DNA of 62,900 nucleotides, the filler included, from Dicyema japonicum (Eukaryota > Animalia > Dicyemida): the NCBI GenBank assembly GCA_011109175.1. It is 5 parts of 5 records of this genome, joined end to end, with 100 filler letters (N's around TTAATTAATTAA, not from the genome) between each part and the next. Parts side by side here need not be neighbours in the genome. Positions count along the whole stretch, not along the records: positions 1 to 9,814 come from RDEW01000157.1; positions 9,915 to 33,086 come from RDEW01000161.1; 3 more parts are not named here. One strand, written 5' to 3'. Numbering within the stretch: position 1 is the first letter of the stretch; each line of letters starts with the position of its first letter. Both the position numbers and the translations under genes were made by a program. The notes under the pieces were generated by a model. That model did not search any database. It saw only the letters and a list, made by a program, of their open reading frames with translations, and was not told where the DNA came from. Shown here piece after piece: positions 1 through 11,399 of the stretch.

Positions 1-377
1 TCGAATGCCCCCTTATGAGCCATTGTGCATTCATCCCAAACGATTAGCCTAGAATTCATAATTCTATATCCCGCAACTGAATTTTTTTTCACATTACAAA
101 CCGGTTCAGTATTGTAAGACAGATTCAACGGAATGTTGAATGTTGTATGTGCTGTTCGGCCGCCATCTAAAAGAGTTGAAGCAATTCCAGAGGATGCTAC
201 TGCTATTTGATTGTCGCTTCTCACCTTCGCTAACAATAAATTTAGAAGATAGGTCTTACCTGTACCACCCGGTGCATCAATAAAAATGATAGAACCATTT
301 TCTTCTGCGATGACTCGGTTAATTTCTCTGTATATTTCCAACTGACCAGCTAATAAGCTATGTTCTCTTTCCTCCAC
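1..377 (-). mobile_element. Helitron PIF1-type helicase fragment
   Basis: Minus-strand translation gives FIDAPGGTGKTYLLNLLLAKVRS..IAVASSGIASTLLDGGRTAHTTFNIP and RLIVWDECTMAHKG, the helicase motifs I-II typical of Helitron RepHel. Confidence 0.9.
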
Positions 378-1228
378 NNNNNNNNNNNNNNNNNNNNNNN
401 NNNNNNNNNNNNNNNNNNNNNNNNNNNNNNNNNNNNNNNNNNNNNNNNNNNNNNNNNNNNNNNNNNNNNNNNNNNNNNNNNNNNNNNNNNNNNNNNNNNN
501 NNNNNNNNNNNNNNNNNNNNNNNNNNNNNNNNNNNNNNNNNNNNNNNNNNNNNNNNNNNNNNNNNNNNNNNNNNNNNNNNNNNNNNNNNNNNNNNNNNNN
601 NNNNNNNNNNNNNNNNNNNNNNNNNNNNNNNNNNNNNNNNNNNNNNNNNNNNNNNNNNNNNNNNNNNNNNNNNNNNNNNNNNNNNNNNNNNNNNNNNNNN
701 NNNNNNNNNNNNNNNNNNNNNNNNNNNNNNNNNNNNNNNNNNNNNNNNNNNNNNNNNNNNNNNNNNNNNNNNNNNNNNNNNNNNNNNNNNNNNNNNNNNN
801 NNNNNNNNNNNNNNNNNNNNNNNNNNNNNNNNNNNNNNNNNNNNNNNNNNNNNNNNNNNNNNNNNNNNNNNNNNNNNNNNNNNNNNNNNNNNNNNNNNNN
901 NNNNNNNNNNNNNNNNNNNNNNNNNNNNNNNNNNNNNNNNNNNNNNNNNNNNNNNNNNNNNNNNNNNNNNNNNNNNNNNNNNNNNNNNNNNNNNNNNNNN
1001 NNNNNNNNNNNNNNNNNNNNNNNNNNNNNNNNNNNNNNNNNNNNNNNNNNNNNNNNNNNNNNNNNNNNNNNNNNNNNNNNNNNNNNNNNNNNNNNNNNNN
1101 NNNNNNNNNNNNNNNNNNNNNNNNNNNNNNNNNNNNNNNNNNNNNNNNNNNNNNNNNNNNNNNNNNNNNNNNNNNNNNNNNNNNNNNNNNNNNNNNNNNN
1201 NNNNNNNNNNNNNNNNNNNNNNNNNNNN

Positions 1229-1600
1229 TTATAACTTCGAATTACAATTCATTCAATAAAGTATATCTTAATTTAATATAAACTATATAAAGGAAGCTGT
1301 TCAGAATATGGTCGACTCTCTTAAGAAAATGTGTCAATTAGAAATCGACAACCAAACACTTTTAAATAAATGTTTAGAATTTCAGAAAAGGTTAAAAAAA
1401 TTTAATTTATGATTGTTTTTTTAATTTCAGGAAATGAAATTATTCGTGTCATTATTGGTAATCTATCGATAACTATAGAAATTTTGTTATATAATAAATA
1501 AGCAGAGCAGATTCGAAATCATATGTAAGGCATGAAATTGTCGCCTGTCTATATAGATAAATAATAAAAAATTAAATATCTCCGTAACCTGCAAGAGTAA
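1229..1600 (+). pseudogene. Unidentified multi-exon gene fragment
   Basis: Series of GT..AG segments of 21-39 nt separate short exons (EAVQNMVDSLKKMCQLEIDNQTLLNKCLEFQK). The frame closes after splicing and no family is recognised. Confidence 0.3.
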
Positions 1601-2059
1601 CGATAATTCACTACTCTGATGCTCGTGTTGTTCAGAACATGGACGGCACCCTGACGGCGTACCGCAGCGCCAATCCTCCCCGCGAGCCAGGAGGAAAGGT
1701 CTTAGCCAGCTTCTTCGGTGCATTCAGAAACAAGTTCGCGCTAGAGCGTCGATTGAAGCACCGAAGAAGGTAGGCCACCATTCCTGGAGCTCTTCCAACA
1801 TTTGGGAAAGAGCGGATTTAACCCAGTTCTCCCGGGTCGTGCACTCTGTCCTTCTGCGATGGCAAGAACGATATTTTGTCCACCGGGCGTCTGCTTCTCG
1901 ATGCGGTTCTCATCCTGCTCTAGGATAATAGCACTGCCACGTAGCAATAGGCATTGTCCGGACGGGTGTGGGTGCCTAAGCTTCGCATATGCCCGCCACA
2001 CAATTATTTTTATCAAGATCAAGAGAGAACAAAAAAGTTAATGATTTTTAATTAATTCC

Positions 2060-2175
2060 AAAATGGAGGCCCATTAAAATCTCTTGTCTTGAATTATCTT
2101 TATATTGTACTGTGGCTGTTTTAGACGCTAGAAAGCTCGTGACATCTCATCAGAAATCCGTCCCATCCGGAGTCC
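2060..2175 (-). repeat. 3' half of a tRNA-derived SINE family
   Basis: Reverse complement resembles 4201-4300 (tacggactcc..ggatgggacg..gagct..ctag..caagacaagag). Confidence 0.5.
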
Positions 2176-2183
2176 GTATATAT

Positions 2184-3182
2184 CAGTGTTTACAAACTTT
2201 TCTTGTTGTCGCCCTTTAACAAACTTTTTAGCAATATCGCCCCATGAAAATACATGGAAACAAAAAGAAAAAATAAACTTATTTATAAAACAATCAATGA
2301 GAACAATGACGTTGTATGAATTTAGAAACAGTTCTTCTACATTTGGCTTTATGTTCGTAAGACGAAGCCGTAGATCTCCTCTCTCAGCAACGTCTAAGCG
2401 GTTTCGACTTTTGTAACAAGTTAGATACAACGCTAAAGCTTCTCTCAACCAAGTAAGAAGTAGGAAAAGCGATAAAAAATAATTTAGCTTTCTTCATAAC
2501 ACAGGATATTTTTCAGGAATATCCGTCTGTAGCCAAAAATCTTGATAGACTTTCGTTTGAATGTTGGTTTCAATTCCCAATCATTTTTCAATACAATTAG
2601 TTCCAGTTGACAACAAGATTCGACGTCGTCGATATCTTGAAAAGGATCTATGATCCAGTCCGGAACTTCTAGTTCGCACAATCTTTGAAACGCTGCTTCA
2701 TATCATTTTCAAGAGTGATTAGATGTTCAACATAATTTGAGGAATTCAACCACAGTGTCGAAGAGAGAGAATATACGTCCCAAACAGTCGCCCTTTGATG
2801 CCACCTTACTTCTGTATGCATTAAAAGTCGTACAAAATCTTCATCATTATCGACACAAAGCTAATAAAAAAGACGTGAATTCAGCGAGTTTGATTTAATT
2901 TTGTTAATAGAAGAAATAACTGTATTAAGAGAAGAATATAATCGAGCAGTTGTGTTTCAGCAACTAAATGCTGCCGATGAATAGTCAGTACAGTTGGAGC
3001 AGACGAATTTGTATCCATTAAAACACCAACACAAATTAAAATAACACGAGTTTTTAAAATAGGCTTTCCATTCTAAAAATCTAATGATTTTCATCGCCCC
3101 TTTAAATTTATATCGCCCCCAGTAAACGATTTAGTCATAAACGCCCCTTACAATTTTGTATCGCCCACTTTGGGAAACCCTG
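2184..3182 (-). mobile_element. Internally deleted Buster/Charlie-type hAT element with both termini
   Basis: 8-bp TSD gtatatat at 2176-2183 and 3183-3190. Imperfect TIRs cagtgtttacaaac / cagggtttcccaaag and tcgccc subterminal repeats. Transposase C-terminus LEVPDWIIDPF..ELIVLKND and KSRNRLDVAERGDLRLRLTNIKPNV. Confidence 0.9.
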
Positions 3183-3199
3183 GTATATATTATGAGTAG

Positions 3200-4590
3200 A
3201 ACAACCACAAAGTTGACCTACAAAAATCAAAAATTGATTTTCCAAAAGTCAACAAAGTTGATTCAAAAAAGAAAAATTGACCAAATGCAGACCTAAAAAG
3301 AATTTTTGAGATAATTTTAAGCAATAATTTGTTTTAGAAACATGAATTATATAGAATCATATAATATTTGACGTTTTCAGTTGTAAAATTTCTTTATTTC
3401 GCCACAATTTTCTGAAGAACTGAAAACGAATGCTTCACTGAACACGTAGTGGCCTAAAATTGGAGTAATTGAAACTTTTCAAAAGCAAAAAAATTCCAAC
3501 AATAGGTTCTGGAAGTAGTCCTATCGCAGCAAATAGTTGTCTTCGACTTGTATTTTTCAGAACAAATCTTTTTATGGAAGGATTTAAGTTGTCCACTAAA
3601 GGATAATTTAGTTTTATGCTTAGTGAACAATTGTGAATCAAATGTGCAATATATGTAACGTGGAACAGTTTAAGATACATGTTTTTTTAGTTTTTCCGGT
3701 GAAATCCTATACTTTCCGCTTCGGTTAATAACGAGTAAAATTTTTTCCTCAGAATTTGCACATCAAACCGTATCATCCACAATCTGACATACAATTGATG
3801 CATTCGGCGGAGAATTTAATTCTACACAATCGATAAAAATGCTGATTTACACAAATATCGAATATACTACAATATAATACTCCATCTGGAGTAATTGAAA
3901 ATTCATTCAGAAATTCTTTGATAATTATCGAGGTTTTCGAGTATGTGGATTTTTAGACTTAGGCATTAAAAAACAATCGAATAATAGACAGCGTGGTTAA
4001 AAATTAATATTTTTTTGATTTTTAGAAGGAAAATTAAAAAATGACACAAAAATTAACAAAGTTGACCTACAAAAATCAAAAATTGATTTGAGCACCCGTA
4101 ACCAAAAATCCAATGGTTCCGGGTTCGATTCCAGAGGCTGCCTGTGCCGGAAGCTCCGTTCGGGTTTGACGAGTGACGCCGTCATGGACGTCCCATCACA
4201 TACGGACTCCGAATAGAACGGATCTCCGGATGGGACGTCATGAGCTTCCTAGTCTGCTACAGCACACTCCAATAAAAAGAAAAACTCCAAGACAAGAGAC
4301 CTCATTCCTCAGTTCTTTCTTCTCAATTCGGCTTAATTAGCATAATTAACTTGTTCTCTTGTCTTGTAAAAACGGTGTGGCTCGCACGTGCGCAGTTTAG
4401 GCACTTAGGTGCCTCGGCTATGCGGTGGTGCCTTGTTGTTGTAGACCTACAAATGAAAAAAATTGACCTAAAATGCAAAAATTGACCATGTTGACCTAAA
4501 AAACTTTTGGAATAAAGTTGAAAAATGAAAAATGTGATTCTAGTATTTTTATAACAGAAGGATTATTTTTGTAGAGTTGACTTTTGGTTT
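3200..4590. repeat. Dispersed AT-rich 'ttgacc' repeat family, unclassified (related copy about 11100-11330)
   Basis: aagttgacctacaaaaatcaaaaattgattt occurs at about 3211 and 4059. Related motifs at 4440-4590. Confidence 0.6.
4090..4310 (+). repeat. tRNA-derived SINE, 5'-truncated
   Basis: B-box gggttcgattcc at 4121-4132 followed by core tttgacgagtgacgccgtcatgg shared with the inverted copy at 4595-4720. Confidence 0.6.
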
Positions 4591-4594
4591 CATT

Positions 4595-4720
4595 ATGATG
4601 AGATGCCCATGACGGCGTCACTCGTCAAACCAGTCGTAGCATCCGCACAGACAGCTACTCGGATTGGAACCCTGGACCTCAATAGATACCAGCATGTCGA
4701 CCAATCAGCCACCTGGCTGG
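4595..4720 (-). repeat. tRNA-derived SINE head
   Basis: Minus strand: A-box-like ggtggctgattggtc, B-box-like gggttccaatcc, then the same core tttgacgagtgacgccgtcatgg. Confidence 0.6.
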
Positions 4721-4843
4721 AAAGTCTGAACTCTTTCCATAGAATGCAGCTCAGATGCATACTAAGAAACCCTTAGACAGAGAAATAAGAGATAACACAT
4801 AATCCTTTTACAATACAATTTCAGGTTTAAAGTGGGTCTTAAC

Positions 4844-4899
4844 AAAAGCAAAGTGGTACTTACCAAAAGCAAAGTGGGACTTACCAAAGCAAAGTGGAA
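4844..4899. repeat. Short tandem repeat, ~21-bp unit x2.7
   Basis: aaaagcaaagtggtacttacc / aaaagcaaagtgggacttacc / aaagcaaagtggaac. Confidence 0.8.
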
Positions 4900-5133
4900 C
4901 AAAAATTATTTTTGTTTTTTAAACAAAGGGTGAAGATTATAGGGTTTTTCACTAAAGAAGAGATTTCTCTACCACGATTCAAAAGAGAATTTGTTACCCA
5001 TGACTTTGAATAGGTGTATGACTAAGCAAAAAGTGACTAAGCAACATTCAAAAGTGTCGAGATCAATTGCAAGCGTGACTAACCATAAACCTATATATTT
5101 TCATGTCTGCGCAAATATTTCATTTTTCATTCG

Positions 5134-5315
5134 TATGCCTTCGCAAATAAAAAAGTCTGAAGCTGAAATTAAGAAAATCTTATTATCGGGCCTATGAGGG
5201 AGATGGTGACTGGAGGGAACTGGCAAAATCTCTCGATATTCCGAAAACTACTACTTATCGTTGGTTGAGAAACAAGGACAAACCTGATCAGCGAGGGGGC
5301 AAAAGCAAAAAAAGA
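5134..5315 (+). mobile_element. Tc1/IS630-like transposase N-terminal HTH fragment
   Basis: MPSQIKKSEAEIKKILLS, frameshift, then YEGDGDWRELAKSLDIPKTTTYRWLRNKDKPDQRGGK. Truncated by the adjacent LINE. Confidence 0.6.
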
Positions 5316-6555
5316 TGACCTGACCGCGTCTTCCGCTTAGGAAGTTAGCAAGCCATCTCTTTAGATTGGAGTGAATGTTCAAATCAAAAATTTTCTTTGT
5401 TAAGGACTTTCTTGAAACTGAATCAAATGCCTTTGTAATGTCCAGGGAAACAAGAACAGTCATTAGGTGCTGTTTCTGGGCGTTGAATCCTTCGGAAATA
5501 AATTGGGAAAGCGTCGTCAAGTGAGTTGAAGTTGAATGGTTTTCTCGAAACCCATGTTGAGACGTAGACATTGGATGTCATCTCGAATGCAATCAAGGAG
5601 AAGAACAGCGACGGCCCATCGGAATTTTCTTAAAGAGTTTCGTTCTTTTATCAGAAGTTTGGTCCGTGATCCAAACCTTCTCGATGAAGAACAGCGACGG
5701 CCCATCGGTATGAATAGTTTCCTCGCTTTGAGGAGAATCGCGTTGAACCTTCTTGACCATTTGTTCTGGTGCAACGTGAAGAAGGTGAAAAGGACCAACG
5801 GAACTTTCGATGTACTGCGTGAAGCCTCTCCAGTTGGCAAGGTTGTAGTTAATAATGGTAGGGTACAATCCCCTTGTCCGTGTTTTCGTTTTGACTTCTA
5901 AGAATATCGGATTGTGGTCGCTCCTGGAGTCATATTTCACGGACCAGTCGATAATAGGAGCCAAGATGGAGATGCCAGTGAAATATCAACTGAGGAGGGT
6001 TTCTCATTCTTCTAGTGGGTGTTCTGGTGTGAGAAGCCGGGTCGTTGAGGATGCACAGACTGTGAAGGTCCTCAATTAACGTCTCACCCCTCTTGTCCCG
6101 AACTTGTCCCGTCAGCCATAACGGGTGCTTTGCGTTGAAGTCTCCACAGATAATCACGTCTTTTAATGTGGAAAGTGGGAAGAATCTGTGAGTACGAGAA
6201 GAACATGAACTCAGAGGAGGGAGATATACGTTAACTAATGTTATCGTACGTCTCGGGAGACGAATTTTATTGCCACAAGTTCAAGATTTTCGCGATCCTG
6301 GAGCAAAGTGCATACATTGTCAGTAATATCCACATAGGGAATCCCGTTCCGAATGATAGTCAGGATGCCTCCACCAGCTTTCCATGTCTGTCTCGACGAA
6401 CAACTGAAAAACCAGGAAACTTTGGAGTTGCATTGTTGGGCGAGAGTTTAGATTCTTGAAGTAGTAATACGTCGACGTGTGTTTCTCCAGAAAGGTTCGG
6501 AGTTCAAGAGATTTGTTTCTTGATCCCGTTTACATTGAGCTGGACTATCCTAGTG
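5313..6555 (-). mobile_element. I/Jockey-like LINE, APE endonuclease plus partial RT, degenerate
   Basis: IICGDFNAKHPLW and SDHNPI (APE). QHGFRENHST..LDITKAFDSV..RWLANFLSGR (RT). Confidence 0.9.
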
Positions 6556-6769
6556 GGCCAGGGTTTGACTCATGTCCCCACATCGGCATAGGCCGTCTTT
6601 GTTGGTCCATCCTTTAACGGATAGGAAAGTGAAGCTTTTTTTCTCAAATGCCACCACTATCGCGAGCCACATGTCCTCCTCATAAAAACAATCAATTAAG
6701 TATGATAGAAGTTTATATTTGCCAAAAAAGGAAATAAATATTAATCGAATTGTTGACCATATCAATAAA

Positions 6770-6960
6770 AGCCTCTTGAATATTTTCATCGACTAAACGT
6801 GGATCAACATCAAACGGTGTACGAATTAATTTCAAATCAAATCAATTTTGCTTAATTCTGGAAAGTATTTATTTACCTCTTTTTGAAGATATGTTAAATG
6901 TGCATCAATAAGGTCGATTATTTTTTTGTTTCAAATGCATCTATTTTAACAGATTCTTCA
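6770..6960 (-). mobile_element. Buster/ZBED5-type hAT transposase fragment
   Basis: IIDLIDAHLTYLQKEVNKYFPEL..LIRTPFDVDPRLVDENIQEAFIDMVNNS. Confidence 0.7.
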
Positions 6961-7513
6961 ATTCTTCAAAAGATTCATATCGATTAGCATACAATGCGAA
7001 TTTGTTCCCACCAGCTATTCTTCTTTTCTTGTTCTTTCTGTGCCGCTTATTGTATTCTAAATACGCTCTTGTTTTTGCATCATCTTCATTCATCCCTTTT
7101 TCGATTCCATGGTTATAGATGAACAAGAATTCATCTTTGGTCTTAATTAAATCCATAGGTTCGTCAAACTCATCAGACAATGACTCATCACCAATGTCTA
7201 TGTTGTTGTACTCTTCTACAGTCACAAGAGGTGCTTGACCACATAACTGAATTTGGGGATGTTCCACTGTTCTCATAGATTTAATCAATTCACCAAGCGT
7301 GTTTGTGCGCAAAGGCACAAGTGCAATTCGTTTCATTATTATGCCCTTCTCTAACTCAGTAAGATATGGGTGAAGTTTCATCCTTGATTTCACTTTCTTG
7401 CAAATTTGATTTATGTTCAAAAGATTTGGATCACCCTCTATCATTCTCCTTATCTCATTATACACAGAATTGATGTCTGATCGCTTAAGTAAGTCAATCA
7501 TTTCCCTTGACAT
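6941..7513 (-). CDS. Intronless 190-aa orphan ORF
   Basis: Uninterrupted ORF with an acidic middle and a basic KRHRKNKKRR stretch. No family recognised. The stop lies at the junction with the hAT fragment. Confidence 0.45.
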   Translation of the reverse strand: MSREMIDLLKRSDINSVYNEIRRMIEGDPNLLNINQICKKVKSRMKLHPYLTELEKGIIMKRIALVPLRTNTLGELIKSMRTVEHPQIQLCGQAPLVTVEEYNNIDIGDESLSDEFDEPMDLIKTKDEFLFIYNHGIEKGMNEDDAKTRAYLEYNKRHRKNKKRRIAGGNKFALYANRYESFEELKNLLK

Positions 7514-9541
7514 GTCTTCTAACGATGATTTACTTATTCAGACGCGGCAACTGCCTCCAGGAAAGCATTATGGTCAATGAACAATCTTTCGTTCAACTCT
7601 TGTGGTCACGTGTAAACAAAATACAAAATGCATGCATTGACTATAGCATTCTCATAAGGTGTGTTGATTCTTATCAAAAAAAGCCTCTTATCCACAACAA
7701 GTGATACAAGNTCCAGCCGATGAATACTTGTATATATGATCTATGTGATATACAGATGGTTTAAAGGAGGGGTTCCAATAAACTTTGAATATAATGGATC
7801 ATACTACCGAGATGGTAGAAATCTAGTATTCGACAAGAACTATGAAGAATCAGGTATCTTCAGTTGCAGTGTGGAAAACCAATGTGGTCGAGAAATTTCT
7901 CTTCCAATAAAAGTGGAGGCCCTAATTAAAGAAACATGTATTTTTACTGATAAATGATACTCTTAGTCTTTGACGATAAGAAACTTAAATATGCTATTCT
8001 TGACAGTGAGGGAATATATGGGAAATGCTCTTGGTCCAGATTTTGCGAAGCTAATGAGACAAATTCTATTATTGAGTCAAAGTCAATACAAGATAGACTG
8101 ATAGTCGAGAACAACAAATTGCACATTAAACACTTTGTAAAGGAAGATTTGGAATGTTCATATATTTGCAAAGGCAAAAATGAAAACAAAAAATTTTATT
8201 TCAAGAATTTTTATGAAGGTATAATTACTTTTAATAAATAAAGATGCCATTGCTTCTTTGAAACCTGTTTTTCCTAGGGGACGAAACATAAAAATAAAGT
8301 TTGGAGAATCAGAAAGAATTCAACCATGCGTGTTTTTGGGATGGTTTGACCACGAATATTAATTTTAGGTGGCAAGAAAAAATTTATTATTATGAAGAAG
8401 AGACAGTTGTAGGAATTAATAATTTTTATGTGAACGCCAAAATAAAACGACCAACACGGACATTATCATGCATTCCATTCTCTGATGGAGAATTTCTCAC
8501 CCTTTTAAAACATGATTTTAACATTTCGATTTTTGGTAAATTTTTTTTAAAACTTTTAGAACCACCATCCATCTCGAGTACTTTGGTATCGATGAATGTT
8601 TCAAAGGGAGATGAAGTGACATTCGAATGCTTATCTGAATCAGGCTACCCACAACCAATGATAAAGTGGTATTTTAATTCTGTAGAATACGGTATTTTAT
8701 TTTAATAAATGTGTTTAGTTCCGAATTTGTTTGATGTTAAATCAGAGTTGTCTAATGATAACTCGACCTTGAATATTATTAATGCAGTTCGGTCTATGAG
8801 TGTTCGATGTTCGATTCACAACGATTTTGCAAAAGCTGCGAAAACAGTTTACCTTATGCTAATAGAAAAACCTTCGATATTGATTCCACACTCCAATCCC
8901 ACTATAATGAATCCGTTAGACCTGCATGGAATTACATGTCGAGGATTTGTCGATCCACTTCGAAAAATGACAATAACTTGGTTATATGACGGAAAGCTGA
9001 TACATTACGACAAAAATCATTCCGACTACTTAATATTATTAGATACACATATGAGCAGCTTCTTTTTTGTTCCAAAGTTTGACAATTCATCGATTTTTAA
9101 CCAACAAAAAAAACCTCTAACATGCATTGTATCAGACGGATTTTCTGAAGTAAATGATACAATCCTGGTTTCATTAGAATTTGGTAAGCATGTCTAATAG
9201 GTTCCAATTTAATAGATATTGTACAGAAACTTTCTCTCATGAACATTTTATTGATTACTTTTGCTACACTTACTTTTATCGGCTTTTTATTCGGCGGAAT
9301 TTTCCTTTATTATCGTAAAAATCACTCGGAGAATAAGGGTTTGATTGAGTTAATATATTTTTAGTTTCCACAATTTATTACACGTATAATGAAATTAATC
9401 TATATTTTCAGGATTTCTAAAACTCGGAAACCGAATACAATCAATATCGAAGAGCTAGAATACTTAACACTCCGTTTTCCACAGAAAAATAAATCTTCCA
9501 TTCTGAAGAATGCAGGCACTTTTTACGAAACTTTAGCTTAA
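7507..9541 (+). CDS. Type I transmembrane IgSF receptor, ~5 Ig-like domains, tyrosine-motif tail; 5' end uncertain
   Basis: Introns 7730-7755, 7938-7966, 8219-8243, 8344-8368, 8536-8559, 8692-8718, 9184-9215 (or 9200), 9339-9364 and 9384-9411 give an open frame of about 535 codons from ~7686 to TAA 9539-9541. Ig motifs WFKGG..FSCSVENQCG and VTFEC..GYPQPMIKWY..VRCSIHN. TM NILLITFATLTFIGFLFGGIFLYY then RK. Confidence 0.85.
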
Positions 9542-9814
9542 AACCAACTCCTTTCTTAATTAATAATAAAAAATTAATTTGTATGAATTACGTTGAGATT
9601 TATTGTCATTTTTCTTACATGAAACGAAGAAGTGTTAAATGCTTGCCTTTTGACAATGTGACATATCAGCAGTTTCACAATTCCGTGCAATTCTTAATTT
9701 CACAATTCCGATATTCGATTCAGATGCATTTTTACGTCTTATCAAAAGGCACAGATTAGATATATTAATTCCACGTGATCGCAGATAGTGTTTCTAAAAC
9801 TTGTTTTCTATTTC

Positions 9815-9914
9815 NNNNNNNNNNNNNNNNNNNNNNNNNNNNNNNNNNNNNNNNNNNNTTAATTAATTAANNNNNNNNNNNNNNNNNNNNNNNNNNNNNN
9901 NNNNNNNNNNNNNN
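9815..9914. other. Artificial scaffold spacer
   Basis: 44 N + TTAATTAATTAA (stops in all six frames) + 44 N. Confidence 0.95.
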
Positions 9915-9989
9915 GGTAGGAGAAATGTATCTGAAGCCTCGCTGGTGAACTTCTTTGCGGCTTCTGCGGACATAGAAAGGACAAAACAC

Positions 9990-10800
9990 CCTTCACATCA
10001 AAGACAAAAATGGAAAATTTGTGGGTAACCCGGAAAAAAAAGCAGAATTGATTGCACGACACTTCGAAACACTGTTGAATAAAAAAATTAAGGACTTTCC
10101 CCTTTTCCAGGGAGAAGCAAAGGCTCTAAAAATCCCAATTACAGTGGAAGAGGTGGAATTAACGATAAATAAACTGAAGGAGAACAAGAGTGCTGGGGAG
10201 CAACTTTCCACAGTTTCAAAAAAACGATTGGAATACCTCAGGGTGATTCACTCTCTTTTTACTATTCATCTTATACCTTGAATCTGCACTCCGTGACCTC
10301 CGTAAATGCTATATAGGAGACATAGAAGAGACATCTTATGCGGGTGATGTGGATTTCGTATCACGGGACGAAACCGCACTTCAACACATACTAGAAAATG
10401 CACCTGAGGAGCTTGAGAAATGGTTTCTCAGTGTAAATGTAAACAAAACTGAAATTACGGAAATCAAAAGAGAAGACGATAATATTCATGAAGATGGACG
10501 TACTAATAAGCTCCGCTCTCTACTAGGAGACGCTGAAGATGTACTAAGGAAAAAAAACACTGGCAAATGCTGCAATTGCTAAACTGAAGAAAGGATGGCT
10601 ATGAGAAAAAAAACTTGGAATTGACATCAGATGCAGGGATTACTACGGGGTTGTGAAACCGATCCTACTTTACAACGCTAACATGCGAAAGTTTTTTCAC
10701 TTAACTATTAAAACTGGATTTGTTCCATAGAAAGCAACTAAGAAGCTTACTCGGAATGGAGTGGGCACGTACTCGAAACAAGTTTTGTGAAATGCAAGGA
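9990..10800 (+). mobile_element. RTE-like LINE RT fragments, internally deleted
   Basis: PITVEEVELTINKLKENKSAG and DFVSRDETALQHILENAPEELEKWFLSVNVNKTE. Nearly the same family as 58044-58830. Confidence 0.85.
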
Positions 10801-11399
10801 AAATCAAATTCGACTAAGCATTAGTGACCTCATTGATCGTAGAGTCAGTGAATGGAATGAGAAAATCAGATAATTTTACAGTAGCATCTGTGAAATAGTA
10901 ATAAAAATGATAAACTTGTTAGTTTGAAATGTTTTTAGACAAAAGACTCAATAAAAAGCTGTTGTTGTGAAAATTCGTGAGTTGATAGAAAAATCACCAG
11001 GATATTCTCTAATAACAGTCTTAATCTTTTCAACGACCTTCCTGATTTGAATGCGGCATAACAGTTGATGATAAGATAGTATTTTATTCAAAAACACTAA
11101 AGTTAATAAATAAAAAATAAAAAATCAATAAAAATTTTGACTTTACTGACCTAAAAAATTAAATTTTGACCTTTTTTGATAATACCCAAAATTTTGAGTT
11201 TTAACTTTATAACTTTTGATTTATATATTATTTTTGATTAAAAATCACATTTTTATAGTTTTAGACAATTTTAAAGAACATATAAATTTTTGACTATATA
11301 GACAAAATTCGGTCTACAATAATTCATAGATTTTTTCTGTTTATTAGAAATTTTATGAAATTCTAGCAAATTGGAAGTTTTTTAGTTAATTTTATATTT

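Noticed and set aside
360-1259. Long ORFs in the supplied track made of X (also 43240-44181, 55389-56321)
   Set aside because: They are read-throughs of N gaps.
9859-9870. TTAATTAATTAA palindrome inside N-runs (also 33131, 57988, 60294)
   Set aside because: Identical, centred in fixed 100-nt gaps, stops in six frames: an assembly spacer. Adjacency across it has no biological meaning.
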